Source: Paraphysomonas bandaiensis
Lineage: Eukaryota > Protista > Chrysophyceae
Length of the DNA stretch: 64,000 nucleotides
Direction of reading: 5' to 3'
Assembly (NCBI GenBank): GCA_965644295.1
Contig: CBFFRP010000219.1
Span: 179,834-243,833 of the forward strand
Position 1 is the stretch's first letter. Every line of letters starts with the position of its first letter. This document shows positions 38,640 through 50,902 of the stretch, piece by piece. The translations under genes and the position numbers were made by a program. Below the pieces are notes generated by a model. That model was not told the origin of the DNA. It did not search any database and saw nothing but the letters and a program-made list of their open reading frames with translations.

Positions 38640-39094
38640 TGTAGTTTGGTGTGTGAGAGGTTGTAGCGTGTTGTTGTCACACTTGTGCATGATAATTCAT
38701 AGTGATGCTGATAGACCCTCCCAGAGTACAAGGTTTCATCAATGTTTCTGAAGGCGACTGAAGGACATCTATGGAGATTGTGTTGAGAAAGAATGGTGTA
38801 CAAAAGCCTACTTGAGCATTGGAGAGAGCGATGGAGTCCTGCCCATGCTGTTATATCTTACTATATTACTGCTCTTTAGCTTTGTGTTCGCCTGATCTAT
38901 GTTGTATTGATTATAATTCACCTTCTATGACCTCATGCTTCTGTAATTCGTAGCTATATGCGAGTACAATTCATGACTAGGTTTAATACTATAATTGGCT
39001 AGGTTGAGTCATTTATTGCTTTGACTAGGTTATTACACCAATTTTGGTGTGACTAGGAAAGTCCACCAAATTGACTAGGTTGAATAATATATCC
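38640..39094 (-). mobile_element. Second partial copy of the Mutator element (one TIR)
   Basis: Near-identical to 28921-29394, ending gttgaataatatatccc. Confidence 0.85.
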
Positions 39095-39588
39095 CCTTAT
39101 TTATTTATTTATTTCCCGGGTGCCTGTTTATTCGTCAGGGCCCAAAGACGTCTACACATGTGGCACTACTTAGTGTCCTTTGTACCACACTGAAAAAAGT
39201 CATATTCAATACAATTATAAGCTACAACGAGCACTATTTTATTGTATACACTTTTCAATTACACTTATCTCGTTCTCTTGTGACAGGTACGCTTGTCATG
39301 TGCTATTTGCACCAAAACAATGTAAGAGACATAATAATCTCGTGAACTGGAATGGGTATTACAGTTAGGTTTGAAGAGGGGACGACAAATAATTGGGTGT
39401 ATGCTAGCACAAATGCGACAATGATATATAATTACTGTTTCCACTACCTGTGATTTAGTTATTTCAAGTTGCAGTCGTTGTAACGTTGTAACTACCCAAA
39501 CCTCCTATCAAACTATAACATTGCATCAGATGCGTGTTAGATTTAGCAAAAACTAGCAAATGTAAAATACAATTATATCTGAATTGCG

Positions 39589-41763
39589 CTACTTTAGACG
39601 AGTTGATTCTATTACACGGAGGGTTTCTTGCGCAACTCTATCAGGATCACTTGGGACTGCAGCCACATTCCAAATGTAGTCGCCATCCCTGCCGTGCTGT
39701 AGGGCAAACTGCCATAGCTTGGCGTCATACCAAGGCACAGATGGGTATGGTGGTAGCAGCGGAGTAGTTTCTGCAAAACGCTGAGGGGCCACAAACAGCT
39801 CATGCGACTTTCCTTCTAGGACCTCCTTCCATATCTTCTTTCCTACCTGCACTATCATGAATTTAGTAGATGGCCATATACTGTGAAGGACGTCGAGAAT
39901 AAACCCCGAGCCTGAAACTAGCCAGAGACGACTTGGAGGAGAAATCCCTGCCAACGCAATAACTAGAACCTCTCTAAACATTTCAAACAGCGGGTCCCCC
40001 CTTTCACAGCGGAACCCAAAAGGTGAGGCATATCTGTTTTTCTCATCAGCTTTTACATATGCAGCCGCCTTCTCCTCAGCCTCCTTGAGAGTAGTGTATG
40101 TTTGCCCGAGATGAATATCCGCCCCCAGGCCTGCAGCCAAGCGAACCAGTGGAAGAGAACTGCCATCACTGGATCCATTCAAAAACACGACTGCCTTTTT
40201 ACCCCATAGTGCGGCGGTATATGCAAGAGCCACCTGGGCCATTCCCCCATCAGGACCAGCATACACAACCTCTTTGTGAGGGATTGTCCCAAGAAATTTA
40301 CCTAAAAGTCTCTGCTTAGTTCCACCCACACACTGTCCATCATCGAGTAATGTGAATGTCACTCCAGGTAGCGATGGATCTCGTATAGGACGAGGTGTCA
40401 TAGGAGGATTTGTCATCCGAGTGGCCCACTCCTTCAGCCCTTGTCTATTTAAAGAAGGGGCAGGCTGAAGTGACCGAGGTGCGACTTCCAAAGTGCTGCG
40501 AAACACCCACACGGTGCGCACAGAATTAGACATAACTCCAGTTAGCCCCAAGCAAAAAACCAGTTGTAGTGGACAGATATGTCTAACACGCTCCTTAAGA
40601 AATCTCTCAATGTTGCCCGCAGAGGTGTCTCCAATATGAATTGCTACGAATCCTCCCGGGCGCACGCACCGAGCAGAATGTTGGAACAAAGGCTCATAGA
40701 ACTCTGTTAGCCAGTCTTTATATCCAGGGTTGGAAGGAGTATACATTTCATAGTCAAAGAAAGGCGGAGAGGTAAAAACCAGATCATAGGAGTGATCACG
40801 GATTGCCTCAGCTCCTTTTTCGAAGGGCAAGGAGTTAATCTGGAAACCATTACTGAACTCAAGACGGGTTTGAGAGAATACCGTCGTCTGGTGACCACAG
40901 AGGCCCATAATTTTAGCATATCCTGGGCGGAGGCTACGATTGGGGTCAAAGGCAGTATATCGTGTTACACCAGCGGTCTCTGCACCTAATAGACGATCTC
41001 CCCATCCTGCACAAGGATCAAGGACTTGTGATGCACGGAAATACCGATATATTGCTTTGGCATAAGCCGGCATGAATGTAGTCGCCATCTTATACCCGTA
41101 CTTGCGGGCGAGAGACCACTTGGCCTCATTCGGATCTCCGGAACATGAAATTTCTGATTGAAAATTAGGGTTATCTCTCCACACCTCCCAAAAGCTGGGA
41201 AGGTCCACCACTTTATCTCCTCTGCGAAGCTTGAGGCGAGTGTTCAAAATCTGGTCTTCTTGAATGGCGCGGGTTATCTGCGAAGTATCCTCATTAGGTA
41301 GTGTGAATACCACGCGGTGGTCATTCTCATCCCCATAAGTCACTTGATTAGGCATCTCAGAGCGAAGCCTTTGAAGCAAATTAGCAACATCAACTTTAGA
41401 TTTTAACCGAGGGCATGCAGGTTGGTTCACTCTGAATTGCGCGTCTTCCTCCTCTAGTTTCTTCATTATAGATGAAGGCGACAACAGAGTTCCGTCCTGC
41501 GCTCCCTCATGGTCATCTCTCTTTCTCTTCTTCCCCCCCTCACCTTTACCAACCACTGAGGGTTTCGTCCACACAGACTCTCCGGTGCGCTCATTATACC
41601 AATAAGGCATACTGTGGGTCTTGGAGAACTTTTCCTCCCACACATCCTCTGACATGACAGGAGCCTCCCATCTGCTCTCCTTAGTATCATCATTATACCA
41701 GTAATATGCCTTCTTAGAAGAAGACCACACCTTAGACCACGAGGAAGAAGAATTCGCAGACAT
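39589..41763 (-). CDS. Intronless 724-aa fusion: WW-WW, NLS, amino (N4C/N6A-type) methyltransferase, fold-type-II PLP enzyme
   Basis: WW1 WSKVWSSSKKAYYWYNDDTKESRWEAP; WW2 WEEKFSKTHSMPYWYNERTGESVWTKP; KKRKR; SAM motif VLDPCAGWGDRL; catalytic DLVFTSPPFF; PLP lysine motif DDGQCVGGTKQR; VYAGPDGGMAQVALA; WLVSGSG; PYPSVPWYDAKLW; IWNVA. Confidence 0.88.
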   Translation of the reverse strand: MSANSSSSWSKVWSSSKKAYYWYNDDTKESRWEAPVMSEDVWEEKFSKTHSMPYWYNERTGESVWTKPSVVGKGEGGKKRKRDDHEGAQDGTLLSPSSIMKKLEEEDAQFRVNQPACPRLKSKVDVANLLQRLRSEMPNQVTYGDENDHRVVFTLPNEDTSQITRAIQEDQILNTRLKLRRGDKVVDLPSFWEVWRDNPNFQSEISCSGDPNEAKWSLARKYGYKMATTFMPAYAKAIYRYFRASQVLDPCAGWGDRLLGAETAGVTRYTAFDPNRSLRPGYAKIMGLCGHQTTVFSQTRLEFSNGFQINSLPFEKGAEAIRDHSYDLVFTSPPFFDYEMYTPSNPGYKDWLTEFYEPLFQHSARCVRPGGFVAIHIGDTSAGNIERFLKERVRHICPLQLVFCLGLTGVMSNSVRTVWVFRSTLEVAPRSLQPAPSLNRQGLKEWATRMTNPPMTPRPIRDPSLPGVTFTLLDDGQCVGGTKQRLLGKFLGTIPHKEVVYAGPDGGMAQVALAYTAALWGKKAVVFLNGSSDGSSLPLVRLAAGLGADIHLGQTYTTLKEAEEKAAAYVKADEKNRYASPFGFRCERGDPLFEMFREVLVIALAGISPPSRLWLVSGSGFILDVLHSIWPSTKFMIVQVGKKIWKEVLEGKSHELFVAPQRFAETTPLLPPYPSVPWYDAKLWQFALQHGRDGDYIWNVAAVPSDPDRVAQETLRVIESTRLK

Positions 41764-41801
41764 ACCCAACAAAACTTAATAATAACCAGATCTGTACACA
41801 G

Positions 41802-42157
41802 ATACATACATACATACATACATACATACATACATACATACATACATACATACATACATACATACATACATACATACATACATACATACATACATACATA
41901 CATACATACATACATACATACATACATACATACATACATACATACATACATACATACATACATACATACATACATACATACATACATACATACATACATA
42001 CATACATACATACATACATACATACATACATACATACATACATACATACATACATACATACATACATACATACATACATACATACATACATACATACATA
42101 CATACATACATACATACATACATACATACATACATACATACATACATAAGTACATAC

Positions 42158-42190
<33 letters not shown>

Positions 42191-42308
42191 CATACATACA
42201 TACATACATACATACATACATACATACATACATACATACATACATACATACATACATACATACATACATACATACATACATACATACATACATACATACA
42301 TACATACA

Positions 42309-42342
<34 letters not shown>

Positions 42343-42454
42343 CATACATACATACATACATACATACATACATACATACATACATACATACATACATACA
42401 TACACTCCTACCTGTACATACATACATACATACATACATACATACATACATACA

Positions 42455-42486
<32 letters not shown>

Positions 42487-42515
42487 CCTACCTACCTACC
42501 TACCTACCTACATAT
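41802..42515. repeat. (TACA)n microsatellite, ~700 bp, ending in (TACC)n
   Basis: Directly visible; the source of the spurious MYVC ORFs. Confidence 0.99.
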
Positions 42516-42638
42516 ATACATGCTTGTACATATCTGTGCATCTACGTGTAGGTGTGACGATGTATTTGCAGTGGGGTGGCTCATTGTCGTGCTGTGTCAG
42601 TATATAGTTATATATTATCATCTATATATATCCTAACT

Positions 42639-43592
42639 ATGAAAACTGCGATTGCGTGTCTGCTGATGACTGGCGGAGCCTCTGCTCACGGGATATTCTG
42701 GGTACGTCTCTGTGTCTCTCCCTGTATATATATATATATATGTATGTGTGTGTGGGCTAACAGGTGATGTGTAGTCTCCCACTAGCAGAGCCATTCTATC
42801 AGAGCAGTCCGGATACATGGAAGATGCTACAACTATCATATCCGAACCAATGCCAGATGTCGCTGAAGGCAGAGAGTATCCGGGCGGCCGTCCCTTTGCT
42901 GAGCCCGGTATGAGCAAGAGTAATATCGGCCCGTGTGGTATGGAGACATACGACAGTCTTATGACCAACTGGAATCATCCGGAGCATAGTTGGGGTGATA
43001 TACAGGCCGTCTATAATGCGGGTGACATCATTGACGTCGAATGGTGCGTTTCCAACATCGCGGACCATGGAGGCCTCTATTCATACAGGATTTGCCAAGA
43101 CGACGCTTTGGTGGCACGGTTCATCGATCCTGCCGTTACCCCCACTCAAGCTGAGATGGATCAGCTAGAGACCTGTTTTCAGGACGGAATTCTTAAATGT
43201 ACTGACGTGGAAGGACAAGACTGCCCGGTACATCCGGATTGCGTGGTAATGTGACTGTATTCCACTCGTACAAATAATTAATTGTTGCTGGTAGGGTACT
43301 GGGTGGGGCTGCGACAGTGAGTACGGCCAGCAGTGGTTCGCTTGTGGACCCAAGGACAGTGGCAGGTGCCAGGCGCGTGGTGTGGGAACGTGCAGGACTC
43401 ATGGAGGTTAGAAACGTCAAGCCAGTGCACAGGTGTATCTCACTTGCTCTTTTGACAGATGAAGGAACCATCTTACGGGACAAGGTGAAGCTCCCTAATT
43501 TCACATCCAACCATACCCTGCTTGGGTTCCGCTGGGATTGCGAGGACACAGGCCAGCTCTGGTTGCACTGTGCCGACATTCAACTTGTGTAA
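42639..43592 (+). CDS. Secreted AA13-like lytic polysaccharide monooxygenase (exons 42639-42701, 42775-43245, 43295-43406, 43459-43592)
   Basis: Signal peptide ending ASA, then His1 (HGIFWSPTSRA); GPCG; NWNHPEHSWG; WCVSNIADHGGLYSYRICQD; CFQDGILKCTDVEGQDC; KVKLPNFTSNHTLLGFRW; TGQLWLHCADI. Colinear with fungal AA13 as recalled. Confidence 0.88.
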
Positions 43593-44556
43593 ACTCGTAT
43601 GAATTACACTTCCCAGTATTATATTGGAAGAAAACAACTCGAAAGCAGTTTCTACTACTCTGCTTGATTTTGAAATACTATCTCAATCGTTGCCAAAGTT
43701 ATGGCTAACAAGACATAAGGGTAATGAATACGCCTCCTAAGGTTATGCCACATCCCTTTGCAGAATAATAAGTCATTGTCAAATTATTATTAGCAGATAT
43801 ATTTTAGTCGAGATAAACACAGCATATTACAGTTTTATATCATAATTTCCCTTTCAAAGGCTTTTCCTGGTGTTGTGACTCTAGTGATTGAAACTAGGTA
43901 ATGTGTCATGAGTTCTAATTCCAAGCAAGCCCTTCGTAGTTCGTATTTTCGATATACAATATACATGAGAGAGGAACACCTCTATTCTGTGGAGAGGGAA
44001 TGCGTGTCTTTCTATAAGTGCATATTAGGAGACTGTTATAGTTAGTGCACTTTTTCACGAGAGGCGGTGGCGGAGAGGTTATAAATTATATATACGAAAC
44101 ACGTTTAAGTAGGACCTTGAAAATTGGTTGGAGCGAAAGGACACCTGCATCAACCCGTGGCTTAACGAATTCGTGTTAGGTTTTACCCCTAGAACGCTCC
44201 ACAAACCTCACAATTAACTGATATACTAGTAGTTTCTTCTCAGGAAGTACTGAATAACTATTTATAGTGCCACAGCCACGGGTGGCACTTTTTAGTTCTG
44301 TATTTTACACGCCTATTTCTAATAATAGAGTACTATATATACCAGAGGTGCAAGCGATAAATACTTGGGGTACATCAACTTATCCTCCCTGGTGGCGCCA
44401 CATCTCTTTTTGTTTTTATAAACAAGATGATAGGTACCATCATCAGTGACATCATCACTGGACAATATCACGCATTGTGGTGACAGTAAAAATTTCGTCA
44501 CCAGGAGGGGTTGTTGTTATCATAAGTCATGAGGTATTTTGTATGCTTGTTCGTAT

Positions 44557-44702
44557 CAGGGCCTGGTAACCATTAAAATCTATTATATGAGTGGTGCTAT
44601 CTACTTTAAGTTAGTAGGTATTAATAGTTACCAGTATAATAATATTATAATTGCCGGGAACTGGACTACCATTAACGGGCCATTAATGGTTACCAGGCCC
44701 TG
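44557..44702. mobile_element. 146-bp MITE derived from the 29460-31850 hAT
   Basis: TIR cagggcctggtaaccattaa at both ends; 8-bp TSD gttcgtat (44549-44556, 44703-44710). Confidence 0.92.
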
Positions 44703-46121
44703 GTTCGTATAATGCGCCAAAAATTCAATTAGCTCACCAAATAAACCTCATACCCCCTGCAGTAAATGAGAGAGTATTCCGAGGTTGAGTTATATATATG
44801 TAGTGTTAATAGTAGGATATCTGAGCTAAGCACTAGTTTTAGTTAAATTGCAATGCTACAATTTAGTCCTGACTCTTACACGCCTATTGGCAATAATAAT
44901 ATGACATTCACTACTCTTAATTTTATTTGTTAAAGATCCGAGACAAAATACAACCGATTATTTTGTATCTCATATGTACAGTGGTAATTTGTACCAACAC
45001 CCTTCATTTTTCAAATTTGTCCCCCTTATATTTAATTTCACATCCCATAATGAGTAGAACGAGTAGAAAAATCTTTAATTAATATTGCTATTGAACTGAT
45101 ACAATAAAAGGTGCCTATACTCAAAGTTACATATTGTAACAAATTTTACAGTTTAGCTTTTACGCACTCGCTATTATTAGAATCAAGACACTGCTTTCAC
45201 AATCAGTCATTGCATAGTTACTTTCATATACGGTCTAATACACTCCAAAAGTACATAGCTGAAAGCTGAGTTACCCTCCAGATAGAAGCCAACAAGGGGC
45301 TATGAACATCAAGTAGGCCAAAGGGCGTTGTTGAAGGACTTTGTCAAACGGCTACAGGGCAAGGTTTTGATCCCAATCTAACACACTTTGTATAGCTTTT
45401 TTGTTAGAAATGCGAGGGTGCAATAACATAACATCTTCTCGGTTGTAGAGAGCTGACCGATCTACAACACAAAAAAAGCACAACTAAACAGTGTGTAAAT
45501 CATATGTACTGATATAATATTGAATATTGAGAAGGTACAAACAACTATATCAATTTACTGTCTTTATACCCAGTCTTCTTCGTCAGAGATGTGCATTGTG
45601 CGAATTGTCATATAGTCAACAACAAAGCTCTCCTTACGTGCATGGTGAATATGTATATACCATTCAATTGTGCACAATGTTGATGTGAATCATACACATG
45701 CGCATAAAACGTAAGTTTGTATGTACAACAACCTTCTTCTTGGAACTAAAATCAATTTATAGGTGTTTACGGTCGAGAAACGCTAAGTTTGATTTTAGAG
45801 TAAAATGAGACGCGAAGCAGATAGTTCTAACTTTGGTCTGGCGTGGGTAGAAATATATAGTCACTTAAATAAAGTATTCTAACTTAAGTAAAATATTGAA
45901 CTTGTCACATTGACTAGATGCACTTCAGCCTTTAAGCACAACTAACCTATGATACACTTTCGGAATGGCGAGATGAACATAATAAAAATACACTATTTTC
46001 CTACACAATATTACTTCTGTCACAACAAAGCAGTTATTACGTATATGACACAACTAACATACTATAACCATCAACTGATATATTATGAAAAAACGTATCT
46101 CATTCATAAAACACAGACAAC

Positions 46122-48046
46122 TTATAACTCTTCGATGCGCTCCATCGGCGGAACAACATGAACAATACTGTTATACATTTTCTTATGGCCACCATTGTCA
46201 TGCACAGACGTTGCCAATAATGGCTTCGACTGTCCACTATTATTCGAACCGCTATTAACTTCATGTTTTTCGTGTATAACGGATGCCACGTTTGACAGAC
46301 GTAAGTGTACATACAAGTATACGATTATAATAGCTGAGGACATTAGAGCGAAACTAATTGTCATAGCCACGGGTCCAAAGATACTCATTAGAGTTCCTAT
46401 GACAACAGGAACAAATGACTCTCCCACCGTACCACCCATTACAATCATAGAAGTCGATCCCGCATCTCTGCACACAAACAGTTAATACAGGGTTCATAAC
46501 ATCACAACTAATACGCACATGGTGAGACCGTAGTCGTTCGGCAAAGTGAGTATTAGTGGAAACATGCAGCTGACGGCGTATCCAATGATTCCAGAGACAA
46601 CACAAAGAGAAACCATGGAAGATGGCAAAATAACCAAACCCAATATCCCCGCGCCGACGAGAGTCAGTTGAGTGCGTAACATGGTGGTAGTAGACAAGCA
46701 AACGGCGAGAGGAATTGAAAGGATGCTACCTGCAGTCATTGTCGTGTAATACAAGGTCGCTACAAATGCAGCATCAGAGGGATCATCTGATAGTCCCCTC
46801 ATGATAACAAAAGTAGGAACCCACCCGGCGTAAGCGTAGTAGAGACCTACATAAGTAAACATCTGCACTGCGAGGAGACCTTTCACAGTAGCAGGGACCA
46901 GAGCAATAGTACTATCCGGAAACTCCGCGATCTTATCCACCATACGAGGTGTTGCAAAAGACAAAGTGCGATTGATTCCAGGACCTGAGGGTGACGCTGG
47001 CACACTGTATCTATCTCGATACAATAAACTATGTTCCCGCTGCAATAGGTTATGCTCCTGATCGATAAGAGTGTCGTGAACAAGGTCATCCAGTTCAGAC
47101 ATCGTGGCGATAGATTCAGCGGGGTCAAGATCCTCGATAACAGTTTCCAGCACAGCAAGTTCTTCTGATAACAAGTCAGTCGGACCAACTGGTGCATACG
47201 AGCATATCTCCTGGATAATTGTCTCAGAACGAGAGGCTGGAGCAGAAATCCGGGGCGAACTTCTGGGAGAAGATGCTGCGACAGGGGAGGAAATTCCGTT
47301 CACAGAATCCGCATACTGACTATTAACAGCAATATATTCCACAAACAGACCTAGTGCAGAGGTTGCACACAATAGCCCACACACCACAAACGTAAGGTCT
47401 AGCCCCAACGAGGAAATTATCACTGGACCAGTTATACCACCGACAGCGAACACAGCTGATTTTGCCTGTAGCCACGGCTATACGATGATACCAACATCTC
47501 CCGTAAGTCCATCGAAAACATATATCAATACAAACTAACCTGGACTCTTTGTCCCCACATCTCAGACAGAGATATCGTTCCAAATGTGTCGACACCGCCG
47601 AATCCCATACCTGCATAACAGTACATCTTCATGACTACGACATGAATGGATATCATCATACCCTGCATCATAAATAGAAGCTTGATTAATATAAATGACT
47701 CTGTTAGAGCAAGTGATACGGTGGCTATTCCTGATATCGCTATCGATAGAAACACTAACAGCTGCTTCGACAGTATCTGTTTACTGTCATATCTGTTCAG
47801 CACATAAGCAGACAGCATCCCTCCACAGAAATACCCCACTCCTCTATATGCGAATAACACCCCTAAGTCTGTATTAGGGACAGATAACTTGTGTGCGAGT
47901 ACAGGCAGAGCGGATCCGAGTACACCTATACAGGCGCCATACCCGACCATAGCTCCATACACTACACACGATGCACAGATACGAGGGATGTCTTGGATAG
48001 TTACCAGACATCCAGCAGCTTTAGGACCAATAGAAGAGACGGTCAT
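46122..48046 (-). CDS. Major facilitator superfamily transporter (MFSD4/FucP-like), multi-exon
   Basis: GACIGVLGSALPVLA, RGVGYFCGG, MFAVGGITGP, long central loop, MFTYVGLYYAYAGWVPTF, GGTVGESFVPVVIG; many hydrophobic helices. Confidence 0.85.
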
Positions 48047-49430
48047 GGGTTAGATTCTTTATTACACTGCTGCTATGATACTCTACATACACACATGCAT
48101 ATATATGATCATGACGCACCTCCACACACTGTGCATGTCCAATATACACTATGTGTACGTGTACGTGTACGTGTACGTGTACGTGTAGGTGTGTATTATC
48201 CAGAAGGAATTCTGAAGATTCAGTGTGAAAAAGTGGCATTTTTTTAATGATGTCTGAATGAATTCTGACAATATCTAGAAACAGAATACAGCACCAGCAG
48301 CAGACACGTATCTACACAGCAGGCAGGAGCAGTGCATGTATGTCCTTGTCAGCTCATGCATATACATATACAGGTGTGGGTACTGGAAATGATGTCCCAT
48401 TTCATCAATGAGGGCGTGCCCTGTGTCATGCTATGACTAAATAAGGCATAGAGCTTCAGCATAGTCTCAGTATATTCATATGTGCACAAGACATACATAG
48501 GTCATATATAATTACAAGAAGTCCCGCATAATCTCTGTGAACATGGGCCCAGACAGGACTATAGGGTAGTTCACACATAATGTCCCATACTGACAGCGTA
48601 ACTAATCACTGCGTGCGGCCCTCTAGTAGATGCTGCTGAGTGCTGCGACCGCACACCTTTACCCATGTACACATTGCTTAGTTCGGCGGTTCCCCACCCG
48701 GGTTCTCAATGCATATTCAGTGAGTGTGATAATGATGTAACTAGTTGGGTTCAGTAGGTATCTAGCAAATAACATATGGCACATAACATGAATGACTTAG
48801 TGTTATATGTGGTGTATCGGCGAGACCACAACATTATGACCACACTGACGGAAAAGAAGAATCACTCCCCAGCATACTGTCATCTGACATGTATATATGT
48901 TATATATATATAACATACACCTATGTACTAGTAACTAGTAGTACTAGTAACATCTCCTAATATAGTACTACTATATATCTATATATAATAATATTTAAAG
49001 GTGAGTATAAATATTGAAAGGGAATCACCCAAGTCACTGATATGCTATACATTATACATGTATACACGGTACATTAAGCAGTTCCTGTATGAGTCCCAGC
49101 ACACCGTTTCGGAGACTTGATTGGAGTGCAAGAAGCTTTACTTACTATATATGTATTTTACGGAACTCACAAGGCTAGTAAGTACTTCATATCCTATCAC
49201 CACGTTGTGGACACTTAATTCATTACATACTTACGTTAAACGCATAATATGTTCATTACTTACGTCTACAATATATATACAGCGTAGAAACACTTCAACA
49301 TATTACATCAAACAAATGTGATAGCAAATACATAGTACTATCCATAAAATTAGAAAATAAAGGCCGTAAAGCCGAGACACATAAGCAGAGTACCTAACAC
49401 CCTTCACAGAAAAAACTAGCATAGGAATAA

Positions 49431-50902
49431 TCAAATAGATTCATCACCATCTTTGTGAGATGACACTTCCCGGGCTCTTTTCGCACTGATCTTTCTCACA
49501 TGCACATAAAAAGCCTTCAGGTTTTTACCCATGACAGCAGCGTCTTTCTCAGGCTTCTTAATTGAGGATATAGCAGGTAGTCGGAAAGCGGAATTTTCAT
49601 GAGAGCAATCACTGGTTCGTTCTCTTGATGACGCTAAGGATGCGGCTGTGTTAGAGACAGAGTCGCTACTAGAATTGGTCAGCATCGTACTCTCTGTGTC
49701 AGGGCAGGCTTGGCGGGGTAGAGATACTTCTCCACTAATCTTCACACATAAGGAATACATCTGTGTGGGAGAAAGCGTTACTCCAAGCTGCTCCCGGATG
49801 GCGGTACGAGCAAAAGAGAGTGATACATAGCCGTCCGGCATATATAAGCACTTCACACCCGTCTGAAGTGCTGCCTCAGACAATTTCACCACAGCTTTTT
49901 CGTAAGCACGACAGTTATATTCCAGTGCAGTTTTAGCGAGGGCTTTCTCCCGCTGCTTCGCGACCACACGCTCCCTGCGCTTTTGTCGCTCTTGCGCTTG
50001 TGTAATACGGTCCCGGGCAGTCTGTTCATCTCGACGTCGGCGTTCTACCAGCATCTGATTGAACGAACACATGAACTCAGACGCAGACAGAATTCCGTTT
50101 CCTGCAAGGACGTATCAGTTAACTTTACAACGAATACTGTGGGACTCACCGTCACTATCAAAAACCTCAAAGAGAGAGTCTGCCTCTATCTTTGTTAGGT
50201 CGATGTTAAATACACGTTGCAGTTCACTGAAAAGATTACGATGAATTAATTTTGAGTGGCTGGTGCTAGTCATGTGTCTTACCGTTTAAATTCAGACTTT
50301 CGCAAAGCACCAGTGAAGGGTTTCATCTGATATCCAAAACGCATAGAATTCTGTCTACCAACAGCTTTGAGTAGCTCTGCCAATGCCCTCTGACGTGCAC
50401 GCTCCTCTGTCGACGCAATGAATGCATTCACAGATTGAATATGGGTTAGCTTTTGGCGTACAGTGTCCCATAACTGTGTGCCCCTAGTATCGTCAGATCC
50501 ACCAATACTTGCCGTTCGGGATCGTAACCCTTCCCGAACACTCATTTTCTTAAAGAATTCTAGTAGAAAGCCTTGATAATCGAATCGACCGCGCACATCG
50601 CGGAATCCTTCCAATAGAATATCACGATCTGACTGTGTCAGTGTAAAATCAATCGTATCATTCAATATTTCTGAAAGAGGAATAGAATCTGGACATCGCG
50701 GATTCTCTACTCTCCTCCAATCAGTCGATACGAATGCATGCTTCCATTCATACTTGCAGTTCATGGCTTCTTCTACTATAGAGTTCATTATGCTGTTGCA
50801 CTGTTTACTGTACCTCTGAGGCAGCATAGCCTCTACATATCGATCCGCAGAAGACACATCGTTCTCTGCATGATGTTTCTCTAGATCATTTATCCAAGAC
50901 AT
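49431..50902 (-). CDS. Hypothetical protein with degenerate EF-hand-like segments and a coiled coil (one intron)
   Basis: Two long ORFs joined by a GT-AG intron at ~50205-50282; FRDVRGRFDYQGFLLEFFK and FDSDGES..VKLTD-like loops. Confidence 0.6.

Noticed and set aside
41466-42483. Long MYVC/HTYI ORFs here and at 53411-54052
   Set aside because: Translations of (TATG)n microsatellites, not proteins.
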